Below the pieces are notes generated by a model. The model worked only from the letters and a program-made list of their open reading frames with translations, had not been told where the DNA came from and made no database searches. This document shows, piece after piece, positions 46,087 through 57,048 of a stretch of 64,000 nucleotides of DNA. Position 1 is the stretch's first letter. The number at the start of each line of letters is the position of its first letter. A program made the translations under genes and the position numbers. Source of the stretch: Psammoneis japonica (lineage: Eukaryota); contig QPGO01000006.1 in assembly GCA_008632985.1 (NCBI GenBank), positions 310,001 to 374,000 of the forward strand, given 5' to 3'.

Positions 46087-46815
46087 ATGCCTCCAACTCC
46101 CGAACAAAACAACACTCCTCGACGCCGTCGGGCGAATCGAAACGACCTCAATTCTGATACCTCGCCATTTCTAGACCGCTGGCGATTGGATGTACAAGAA
46201 GAAAGTGAAGAAACTTTTGAAGAGAGCGAAACGGGCACACCCACACCCGTCACTGTCAAGCTTGTCGATCTGATTGATGTGCAGCACGAGCAAGAATATC
46301 TAGATTGGCAACGCGGTATTAGCAAGTCCATGGAAGAAGCCGTGCATCCCTCAAGAGTGGCGTCCATCCTGTTGAGAGAAGTGGTCAATACGCAAATTCG
46401 GTTTGTGCTTTTGTTTCGATTTGAATCGAAATCGTCCGCCGAAAGGTGGCATGATTCCGACGAGAGAAAAGCATGGCTTCACAAATTGCCCGAAACCAAC
46501 TTTTACAAACGAACCAATCATGAGGAAGAAGAATCGGCGACCAGCAGCATGGACGAATTCCCATTGTTTCACGTTTCTTCTGTGGGAGAACCCCGGCAAA
46601 GATGGAGAGCCGCGTTTCTCGTGTGGCTACAAGTGTTTGGTTTGGTTGAGCTCTTGGGCGTGCTGCTGCCGCTCATGTTGGGCCACGTCACGTGGCAGTC
46701 GCTATCGTTGCACTTGCAGATTGCAATGTCTACTGCAATAACCACCTTGTGCATTGAATGCTGTACCATGAGAGTCTTTGTCGCGATGGCTCGATTGCTG
46801 CGCTTTCTTCGTTGA
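46087..46815 (+). CDS. Antibiotic-biosynthesis-monooxygenase-like domain plus two TM helices
   Basis: EYLDWQRGI...LFRFESKSSAERWHDSDERKAWL followed by PRQRWRAAFLVW and two hydrophobic helices, the architecture of a bacterial ABM-membrane family. Confidence 0.6.
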   Translation: MPPTPEQNNTPRRRRANRNDLNSDTSPFLDRWRLDVQEESEETFEESETGTPTPVTVKLVDLIDVQHEQEYLDWQRGISKSMEEAVHPSRVASILLREVVNTQIRFVLLFRFESKSSAERWHDSDERKAWLHKLPETNFYKRTNHEEEESATSSMDEFPLFHVSSVGEPRQRWRAAFLVWLQVFGLVELLGVLLPLMLGHVTWQSLSLHLQIAMSTAITTLCIECCTMRVFVAMARLLRFLR

Positions 46816-47329
46816 TGATTGTCCGAGAAAGTGGCATGGGAGAGCAATCGTTTGCGTGCAAAGTCCATCCCTCAATACTAAAAGTATCTGTACTTGTTTC
46901 TTAAATGCAGTAACCAGTGTTTGTCTTCGCTGTTTTGGCGACGCCTTGAACATGTCTTCCCGAGTGGTCTCGAAGTGCGCATCGGCTTGCATTCGCAGGT
47001 CGTATGTACTGGTGGCACCGGTGCAGTGCATAGACCCAAGATGAGAAGAAACTAGTCGAGCAATTCTTTATAACATCCTCGTATTTTACTCCTACTTTTG
47101 TTTCGACGTGGTTCGTCTTATCTCTATAGAGAGCAGTAGGAGGTAGTAGCTATGCGCCTTTTGTGCTCCCGTTCCTCGCGCATTCGCGCAACAAAAAAGC
47201 GGTGTTGCGGTGTTGATGTTGTTGCTGCTGCTGCTGTTTGCGTTCTCACCCAACAGTCTTTCCATGCCGGTAATAGTATTATCAAGTGCACTTTCTAGAA
47301 GCTTATAAGGCGCTCAATACGAAGACGAG

Positions 47330-48508
47330 ATGGAGGAAACATCTTCTCCAGACGCAAAGGATCAAAACGACGTCATGGATAGCACTGATGCTGTCCCTGA
47401 AACGAAAAACGAGCCACCACCGCAAGATGTTGCAAAGAGTAACAGTAATGGTGACGACATTACGCAGGAACGGTGGTATGCAGCCGACGATGGATCGTAC
47501 TTTATGGAACGCCGAGATCCTTTCTTTTATTTCAATCTCTTGTCCTACGTCATTACCATGGGAGTCTTTTTGTACATGACTGTGGTGATTACAGAAGATT
47601 TATCGATCAGCAAAACGATCCACCAACGTCCAACAAGGTCAATAAGGAAATCGGTCAGCCCTTTCCTGGTATGATTGTGTGTAATTTTGACAACCAGGCA
47701 TCTCTCGATTTGATTCTGGCATCGTTTGAAACGAATGACCAAGTCGTTGATGTTTCGGGTCAAGTTCAGGAAATTGACTGCGGAGATGGTAGCCCATCGT
47801 GTCTCTTGTTGGATGGAAAGTTTCCTGCGTTCGAGCCGGATCCCACCAACCCCAGGACTTGTAGTGAAATCAATACTCTTTCTCTTGCGGTCGATATCAA
47901 CGTTGACGGCTATTCTAACGATACCATCTTTGCCGGTATCGATGGGTATCTTTTCACTCCCGGTAGTGGCCAAAAGATTACGAGTCCTTTTGCGATGAGG
48001 TTTTCCCTCGCTGTCAGACACTGGCAACATCGTCCGAAGACTGTCCCCCGGACCTTTCTGCCTTGTCGTTGGATCCCTTTGTGGCCAGTTCCAACCAGGG
48101 CAGTATTGTGAAGCTCCGAAGGAGCGAGGTTCAGAGCACACCCAAGTGTGATCAGTCCCTGTTGAACTGGAGTCCCGTCATTACCGCCATGCAATTCAAT
48201 CCCTCGGCCCTGCCAGTGGAGCAGTCGGAAACCGTTGTGTTTTTGGCATTTGAATTTGATACTCCGCTCGTGAGCAAAACAACTTACAATCCAATCAGTG
48301 GACAGTCCATGTTTGGATCGCTGTCGGGGTGGTGTAAGTCGAGTTTTTGGGTGTAGTTGGGTCCTTGTCATTGTCTCATCTCTTATTCTTTGTCTTCTTG
48401 CTTGTCGTATTTACAGTTGGATTCTTGACCGACGGGTGGGGTGTAATTTCTGTCTTGTTCTTTTCCGAGCGCACATTTATGTTTTTGAGGGATAAGTACC
48501 GTCGCTAG
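47330..48508 (+). CDS. DEG/ENaC-like two-TM channel subunit, frameshifted
   Basis: TM1, then PTS...PFPGMIVCN, a Cys-containing loop, and VFLAFEFDTPLV...SMFGSLSGWFGFLTDGWGVISVLFFSE after splicing intron 48334-48416. Confidence 0.55.
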
Positions 48509-48833
48509 AGTGAGTCAATCCTTCACGATTGACGGGAGAGGACCCTAGCTAATTGAAAAATAGGTTAAACTAGTTTCTCGGGACGGTAGTTTCTCGCGAC
48601 TTGCACTACTTTGCCACTGGTATTTTATTAGCACGAGCAGGGACGTGCTCTTCAGGACTGTCGCATTGGCAAACCTCTACAAGTGCTGTAGCTTATTGCG
48701 AAGCTCTTAGTGGTCATACTTCTTCGAATCCCTGCTCCTTCCGAGTACATTGGCCACACCATAGCTCTAGCACTAGTCTTTCTCGTCTACCAGCATAGCT
48801 GCAACTCTACCTCTTTCACTTTTTCTTTTTAAT

Positions 48834-50152
48834 TTATTTCTTGTTTTGCTGGACACTATCTTTTCCTCCACACATGCGTGATCCCTTGACGCGACTGTAA
48901 AAGGGCACAACAAAGGGCGGTTTCTTGTTGGCCACAACCACAAAATGACAGGCCCGTCTCGTTCCGTAATTGGGTGGCGGAACGTGTGGAAACCATTCTC
49001 GCTTGTACAAGACTTCTTGCCATAATTCAATAGCATCATGCTCGTTCTTGTTTTGACGATAACATCGTCGTGTGCCATTTTTAAAAGAACGACACCCAAC
49101 GGCTTTTTCCAAATTACGCAGTTTGCCTTGATAGTATTCCACAAAGAGTTCCAAATACCGATACAGAATTGCATGTTGCGGCGTTGCTCCAATAAAGGCT
49201 TGAAAGTAGGATCCCCGATGCTTGGAGGCAAGATGCACTTGTGGCACAACAAATTGTGTTGTTGGATGGACAACCGTCCACAGTGACATGCGAGCATGCA
49301 AATCCACATCAAAATACAAACCACCCGTTTCGTACAAGGCCGCTCCGCGACAAATGTCGGCCTTGTACATGCCCACTTGCTCATCTTTGAAGTATTGTAC
49401 CAATGGCGAATCGTGGCCCATGACATTTTAATGCTAGTGATACAATCGTCATTGGTTAAAAAGCGAACAGTAGCATTGGGGTGCAACCGAATGGTGTTTT
49501 GAACATTGTGCTTCAACACCAAATCTTCCTCGTCTTCAAAGTTTGTAGTATTCAACAAGTTGACCGAGTGTGTAAAAATTAAAACATTGGGAATGACGTG
49601 AGCATGGGTGTTGTTGAGGTCGTTGTTTGTAACTGTGTTGCCACGCAAGTTTTTATTTTTCTTGCGTTTCCCGTGTTTCTTTCTGGGCTTTACGTTCAAC
49701 TTGTCGTGACCATAATGTTTTGCGTCATGACCTTTCTTTCTTCCATGACCATAATGTGGCTGCTGTAAATGGTGTTCTTGTTGTTCATGTTCACGTTGAA
49801 TTTCTTTCAGGACATGCAAATGATGCAACTCTTGAGCCTGTTGCACTTCTTCCACCTGCTCGGGCGACAGCAGAGGCTCGGGTGTTTCAATACGCTTCAA
49901 AAAGTACAGCACCAACACCAACGTAATTATCAGTGGCGTCACGAGAAAGGTTGCCAATAGTTTCCAATTGCTCTTGGACCATGATGTGCTTTTGAAAGTT
50001 TTGCGTCGTCGTCGTCGCGATCCTCGTTTTGTCCTGCTTGGAGGCAAAATACCACTGCTCCCTGAAATCGGACTAGTGTACTGATTTTTCTCTAAGGGGA
50101 AATCACTGCTGCCATTGCCGCTGCTTATGGATCTTCTGGTGGGACGTTCCAT
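48834..50152 (-). CDS. DXD glycosyltransferase (GT32/Och1-like sugar-binding region), frameshifted
   Basis: TM anchor, IPNVLIFTH, YKADICRGAALYETGGLYFDVD and FQAFIGATPQH. Confidence 0.85.
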
Positions 50153-50419
50153 GACTTTTCAATAGTACTAAACTTATAATGGGGACGCAGTTTAGGTGAT
50201 GAGAAGATCGTAAAACAGAGTTGTTTCGCCGTCGGTCATGGTCATAGTAGCGCCGGCTGTTGTCTGTTGTCGACTTCTGTGCGGTTTGGTGCGGTGTGCT
50301 TTCGTGGGAACAACTCGCGCATGTCAGATCGAGATCGCGCGAGGTCATAAGAGACCCGGATTACGATTCCAAGATCCAAGATCGAAAAGAAGATCTTGAA
50401 TCTCACGAAAAACACTAAA

Positions 50420-51340
50420 AGCCATGATGTTGTCGATTCTTTGGCTTTGAGCCAGTCTCCTGATGACAGCATGAGTTGTGTGGCAGTGGAAACAAAGCTT
50501 GCATCGCTGAAGCGGCTGCTGCAGTTTGTGGATGAGCGAAGTCGCTCCCCGTCAATGCAGCGCTCATCTTGCGCATCCACAAAACTTGACAAGCCAGCAC
50601 TTGGATGGACCGGCTCCACTTTAGCATTGGGCAAGGACAGTCCATTGGATGGCTACCTCAAGAGGCAACAGAAGCTTGCGGCGGCCCTGCTTTTGCATCC
50701 GTGCACAAAATGCACCCCCACTGCAAAACGCCTTTGATGGTGTCAATTTTGGAAGCAATCCATGGGGTGTGTTTTCAGCAATGGCTGACAATCACCTTCA
50801 TTCCTGGGAAGTGGGTGGTGCAGAGAACGCAGCACAAGTCTCGCACTTTCGACTTGCCAAGACAGAGAAGAAGGAGAAAACTTTTTGAGACAGAGCTGAA
50901 AGCTGCCATTGGAAGCTGCAGGTCCATCCATGGCCTTGGCACAACACCCAAGAGTAGGTCGCTTGAGTTCTGGTTTTGGCAAAGTGACTCTTTAGACCCA
51001 CTCTGAAAAAATGGGTTTGCTTGAGATTTGAGTCCCACAGTTGCAGAGAAGAACAAGCAAATTGAGGTTTTCATCATCATGCATGATGGCAGTTGCTGCA
51101 ACCATCCAACAAAATTAAAGACTGCCTCGTAGAAGCCCACTTGATTTCATACATTCCACTCCCCATTCTCCCATCCATCGGAAGGAACAACAGAATTAGG
51201 GCCCTGCGGACTCTCTGGCAGAGCAGCAGGCCGCCTTGCTGAGCTCACTGCATGTCGAAAGCGACACACAGACTGTCAGACAAGCAGTTGACACAAAGAT
51301 CGCGCATCCGCAAAAAAGATCCGCATTCTTTCTTCTTTCA
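50420..51340. other. TA-depleted island D (degenerate insertion between divergent genes)
   Basis: Fewer than ten TA in about 0.9 kb; TG/CA-rich; no intact gene. Confidence 0.55.
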
Positions 51341-51364
51341 CAGCACAATACGTGCATACCACCC

Positions 51365-52920
51365 ATGGCGTCGCGTCGCCGATTCGGCTACGAGCCAGTT
51401 CTCGACAACAACCATGAGGAGTCGTTCAGAAACAATGGAATGAAAGCGTTAGTGTTGACAAGTCTAGCGGCGACAGTCGTGGTTGTCGCCGTGTTTGCGA
51501 GTCGTATTACTCCAAGCAACAACGACAATAATTTGCATACCGATTTTCCAATCCTGGGACTGTCACAAGCAGCTCAAGAACGATGTGATTATGTGATTGA
51601 TATTTTCGAGAGTGGCAACAGGGGTGAACCACATGACGTGGTTGCAGAGGCATATCACACACAGTCAGAAGATTACAATGTCTTCTACCGAGCCACGGCG
51701 GAACTCTTTTGGAAGGATTTTGTAGCAAACGACTGGGACGATTTGATTCTCAATTCTGTTTCTGACAAAGAGTTGGATGATAAGTCAACATGGACGTGGA
51801 TTACAGGAGATCAGCATTTAAGCAATTTTGGAGCGTGGCACAATCGTGGCCACAAGGTAGTGTTTGGTGTCAATGATTTTGATGAATCGGCAATTTATGA
51901 TTTTCATGTTGACGTGATTCGTTTGGCTGTTTCCATTTGCAACCATGCCAACAAGAATGGATTTTCCGAAAACAAACTCGATAAGCTCTTGGAGGCCTTT
52001 GCGGTTTCTTATATTGATACTGTAACAAACTATGTCGGCAATGAACGTGCCTTGACGTTTGAATTAACCGCAGACACGAGCAAGGGCGTGTTGCGCCAGT
52101 TTCTAAAAGACGTGGTAAAGGACAACTCCCACAAGGAGCAATTGGAAAAGTATACGGACCAAAATGGAACCTTTGTCATAAATGACCACACCCATCTTGA
52201 ACCCGTGGATCCCGAGGTGGAATTGCAGATTCGTCAAGCCTTTACATCGACACAATACGGTGCAACGCTCATGAAGACCGGGGTGGCATGTGCCAAAGTG
52301 GAATGATGATTACTTTGCTGTAACGGACGTGGCGAGGCGCGTAGGATCCGGAGTCGGGTCGTATGGAGTGGATCGCTACTACGTTTGCTTGCAGGTCAAG
52401 GGGGGTTGGAATCATTCTGGATGTCAAGTACGAACCTGAGTCTGCCGTATCCAAAGTGTTGAGTGACGATGACAAGGCTTGGTACAATGTGTTGTTTCGA
52501 AACGCGGCAGATCGAGCCGTCCAAGGACAACGACGATTGACGTCGTACGTGGATCCCTTTACGGGATGGGTTCAAATCAATGGCAAGGCTTTTGTCGTGA
52601 GGCAGAGATCGCCCTGGAAAGATTCGCCTGATTTGGACGACTTGACAGATTTCAAAGATTTCAGGGGCTTTATTGAAATGGTGGCGATCGCCACGGCCAC
52701 GTCGCATACGCGCGGTACGCAAGCCAAGGCACCCGGGGAGTTCAAACAAGTGATTGCGTCCGTGCTGGGAAAAAAGAAATCAATCACGAAGAAATGGGGT
52801 AAAGCCGTGGCGCAAGTAGCAAAAGCCTATCATGAACAAGTGCTGCTTGACTTTGACTGCTTCAAAGGCTTTGTCGAGACAAACTACCCTTTAGATCCAC
52901 AGAAGGAAGAAGAGACTTAG
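51365..52920 (+). CDS. DUF2252 family (kinase-like fold) protein with an N-terminal TM, frameshifted
   Basis: FYRATA, GDQHLSNFG, FGVNDFDES, RRVGSGVGSYGVDRYY (in the shifted frame), ILDVK, VRQRSP and ATSHTRG. Confidence 0.85.
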
Positions 52921-53049
52921 CAGAGATAGGACAGTAACGCGCTCGAAATCTTTTCCGGGGTCACTTACTCTTAATAGAAAAATTTACACTTCATGATGTT
53001 TCTCCACACTTGCGAGCCCTACTGTACAAGCCATGCTTCTCTTGTATGT

Positions 53050-54990
53050 CAAGAGAGATTGGAGATCTCAAAGAAGTGGCCAGACAATGGGGGGGGCATC
53101 TGGACAGCTGCTGTCAAAAGAATCTTGCTGTCGATCAGTGCGTCCAGCAAAATGCGTTTTCCGCACAACACCAGCATTTTCCGAGAGTTGCACCATTCTC
53201 TTTGTGCATTGGAGGAACAACATTTTACACTTTGTGAGGCATTGATGCTGAAAGCACAAATGATTGAACAACACAAAAAGAGAGATCTTGATTGCAAAAA
53301 CCACTTGACACAAGCAACTTGTTGTTCTCACTGGGATCCAGATGATGCTTTGTTTTTTGATCACCAAGGGGTGCAGATGGCATGGCAAATGGTGGTGGGG
53401 TTGGTGAAATTGGGTCATTTTTCAGGATGCTGGAAAGTTTGTTGGGCAACAAACTGATCTGCAAGGGATCAGTTGACAGCATGGATGATGTTCTGAAGAC
53501 TGCACTGGGAGGGAGCAATGGAGTGGCAAGTGTGGCACCACAAAGCAACAACTTTTTGTTGGGGAAGAAGAGATTGTCATTTCTGAATGGCCAAAGCCAA
53601 AGGAAGCAGGCAGTGGGGAAAGGTTGTCACAAACAAGAAGGCATCAAAGGCATTGAAAGGTGTGTTGAAAAGAGGAAGCAGAAATCCATGGCAGAGAAAG
53701 AGAGGTTTTGGCAAAAAAGCAGATTTTGAGGTGCCAAAGAGAGCAGGAGAAGGTGGTGGGCAAAGCAATGCATTGGGGCTGGAAACCAGGTGATCAATGA
53801 CAGTGCTGAAAATGGGGCAGTGCAAATCTCTCTGTGGTTGAGCCATGACCTGCTTTGTGGCTGACATTGTGAAATTTCCTTTGGTGCTTCCCATGGTCGT
53901 GTTCCCAGGCTGAGGAGTTTGCAGGGGAGTGAAGCAGTGGACAGCACCAGCTTGAGTCAGATGCTGACATCTGTGTGGCACACTCAAGTCTCAAGTGGCA
54001 GCTGCAGCAGAAGGTTTGCAAGTCTCCGCAGCGGTGGTGGGCTGCAACCGCATCTTGGTGCAAAAATCAGAGAGAGTGGCCAGCAGTCAGGGGGGCACAA
54101 AGAGAAGGCCATCTTGCAAAGAGCAAAGAGTTGGAAAGGGTGGTTTTGCAATTTGATTTCTGTGCAAGTCCTCAGCAGCACATTGTTGTGAGATGGGCAA
54201 AGCGTGGGATTGGGCTGATGCATGAGAAAACTGGTGGTCTTGCAGCTTGTTGTGCCACACTGCAGCACAAATGGTTGAAAGAGGATGTGGACAGAATGCC
54301 TTGTCATGTGACCCCCTGGGCAGCACTTTTGCACTCCGTCTCAAGCCCCTTGGTGCTCCACCCTGGTGGCTGCTCAAGTGCATGCACATGAAAAATCATG
54401 ATCACAGCTCCCTGCCAAAAAGCTGTCTGCTTGACAGCGTCAAACATTGTTGGGAGCCTTTTGGCATCACAAAGCACCTGCACCCAAAAGACATGCATGC
54501 AACAACAGCAGCAGGCAAAGCAGGAGCGCGGCTCATTTGCATGCTTTGGTGGCTCTTGTGGAGCTGCTCCAGAGATTGGAGCGATGGCCATCATCATCAT
54601 GAGGTGGAAATTGGGCGCCAATCCAGGCGGTCATTTTTGTTGTCGTGCAGGGTTGTGGGCACCCACTTCTTGAGAAAATGACGAGCAAGGCACACAATTT
54701 TTTGACACCAACACACATTTGAGATGGCCGCACATGGGCGCCATTTGCCTGGTGCTAGAGCAGGAATCAGGTCTCCTTCGAGCACCCAAGGCAAGCTTGC
54801 ACATGGCGATGACTGACCAGCCATCTCCAGAGCACTTGTGGGAAGGGTGCATTCATTGCAGCCGCTGCAACACAGCACTCACTGTTTGGTGCCACAGCAA
54901 TGCCTCGTGGTGTGTTGTGGCTGACTCGTGAGAAATCAACATTGTCAACACACAAAAAGTGGGTGGCGGCCAATGGCCCAAATCGGGTGA
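53050..54990. other. TA/CG-depleted island E (degenerate repeat or TE-like DNA)
   Basis: About two TA seen in 1.9 kb (about 53226 and 54756); dense Tyr-free Cys/His ORFs in all frames. Confidence 0.8.
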
Positions 54991-55380
54991 CCTGAATTAC
55001 GGAAAACGCGCGTAACCCTTTTGCTCAGAGGTCGTGCCTGCAGACAAATGACAATGATCATGTATGAGTTGGTTGGCGCGGTGCAGGTCATTGGGTGGAG
55101 TTGCGTTCGTGAGTCGTGAAGGAAAAATGTCATTCGACGAAGCTTTCCGTTGTGAAATTGACAACGGCTCTTTGTAAAATTATACTCATATTCGTCATTT
55201 TAAAACACTCAATTATGATTGGTCCCGCCAGTTTTGTAGACACGACTCCAACCTCGAGGAGGTCGAGAATGCTTCTTTTTGAAAATTATTGACCGCCGAC
55301 GGAAGCCATGCGCATCATACTGCTGTAGGGCCTACAAACACTCTACTGTAGAGTGGCTTTCTAATCCATCGTTTTTGACC

Positions 55381-55623
55381 ATGACGAGGATTGTTGCTGC
55401 GCTCACGCTCTTTGCATGGGCCTTTTTGGTCATGGTTGTTCCAGCTCAAGCCGGTTACCACGTTTTGCGTCGCCACTGGAGGGAAACTGTCAACGACAAG
55501 GAAACGAGAAACAATAAGATTGCTGGAGACAAGACGGCCCAAGAATTTGCAGAGAGGCAGATGATCAACGAGGAACAGAGGATGGCGCAGGAACTGTCCA
55601 TGTCTATGTCCATGTCTTTCTGA
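55381..55623 (+). CDS. Small secreted protein ending in an SMSMSMSF motif
   Basis: Clear signal peptide MTRIVAALTLFAWAFLVMVVPAQA; 80 aa; C-terminus RMAQELSMSMSMSF. Confidence 0.7.
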   Translation: MTRIVAALTLFAWAFLVMVVPAQAGYHVLRRHWRETVNDKETRNNKIAGDKTAQEFAERQMINEEQRMAQELSMSMSMSF

Positions 55624-55913
55624 CGTTGAGCCTGTATGAGATCTCCGAGGGTCAGTCGATGCGTGCAGTGAGGATTGCAGCGGTCGGTGGCTGCTTAGAT
55701 GATGAAGAAAAGGGGGGAACAAACTTGTCGTGCAGTGACAAAATCAGAATGTAGGCTTTTTAGCCAGCTTTAGCCAGCATCTTTATCTTTATCTCCTCTT
55801 CATCTGCCGTGTGTGTTGTCATTTTCTTCCACCAATTGCGCACTGGATCTAGAGATCGCCCTACAGTCCTGGGGGTTGAAAAAATTGCTCCATGACCCAT
55901 GACCGCCATTTTG

Positions 55914-55957
55914 CATCTTGTCTCGCTCATGCGACATCTTGTCTCGCTCATGCGACA
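55914..55957. repeat. 21-bp tandem duplication
   Basis: CATCTTGTCTCGCTCATGCGA, two exact copies, inside a short TA-free patch (about 55865-56035). Confidence 0.9.
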
Positions 55958-56304
55958 CCTCGTCGCTGTGGGTTGTCATTCGGTCAACAACATGTGTTCG
56001 ACCAGGGCCCGAGACAGAACCGCAGCGCCACTCGCTCTAGTAAACGACCTGTGCTATTGTGACAGAAGCACACTTAAGACTCATGCTAACGAGAATTTCG
56101 GCATGGTCGGAGACGGTTACATAAAAATATGGTATGGACAAAAGGCGGACGACGATGAAGAGTTCAACTCTGTGGATTCGCATCTATCACTCAGAATCAT
56201 TCACATTCTTCTAACTTACTGTTTCGAATGCCGGCACATGGCTGTGTCTCACGCAAAAGATATTGCGAAAACTGTGTGTACAGTAGATGGAATCTATGGG
56301 CGTG

Positions 56305-57048
56305 CTACCACTTCGTCACTCGAGTCTCTGCGGAGATAAGATGAGAAGACACGACACGCATAGCATTCCGCATTGTGTGCCCCGCGTAAGTGAGAGACTT
56401 GGACGACAACAAGAATGCAAATCACAATAGAATAGAAACTATCACCCACTCGTAGCACATACCTTGTGGAAGTCGATCTCGCAAATAGTACAGCTTCGCT
56501 CGCTTAATTTTCTTTTTACCTTTGTGTACGAAATTCTCCTCCAGCACCTTGAGAGACTTCAAGAGCGGCGAGTGCAGAGGTATTTTGCGTTCAATGGTTT
56601 CTCCAAACACAACGTCCCGCAGAATCACAGAAGATCCCAAGCCACGATTAACTCGTCCCAAGACAACACCACGAATCTTTTCGATATCCTTTCCATTCAC
56701 ACCGCCTGTAGCAACCATTTCAATCTCAATCGCATCACCCACCCGAAAGGGCACCTTGAGGACGGACGGATTCTTTTCTGTAGATTCGAGAACCGATTCT
56801 TGGTTGAGAGTTGCAAATAGTTTCGAAGCGCGTTTGCGAGGCGACTTGAACTTGGGTGAGGGATATCGAGGGCGTTTCCCGTGATGAAAGTACGGCATGT
56901 CTCGAGGAGCGACACCGCCGGGAGGAGAAGTGCTGGTTGAAGTCGTGCTACTCATGCTAGCAGCGTTCACGGTACTACATGTATGGCCCTTCATGAGGGA
57001 TCTCCATGGCCTTGTGATTGTTCCCATGGATAAGGTGGGACGCAACAT
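56305..57048 (-). CDS. rplS: Organellar (probably mitochondrial) ribosomal protein L19/bL19
   Basis: PFRVGDAIEI...RGVVLG...GLGSS..LR....GETIER..PLHSP...KRAKLYYLRD. Intron 56462-56328 (GTATGT..CAG) gives the C-terminus ETRVTKW. N-terminal presequence-like extension. Confidence 0.93.

Noticed and set aside
50396..51006. hAT transposase remnant (ALLLHPCTK, LEFW)
   Set aside because: Only short generic matches; no TIR or TSD found.
2236..52920. Frameshifts in many genes read as pseudogenes or programmed frameshifting
   Set aside because: They are scattered 1-nt indels, often at short homopolymers, in otherwise motif-perfect genes. Uncorrected long-read consensus error is the simplest explanation; short-read polishing would settle it.
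55868..56008. Tiny MITE with CCTGG..GAA termini
   Set aside because: The inverted match is short and imperfect, with no TSD; only the 21-bp tandem repeat is reported.
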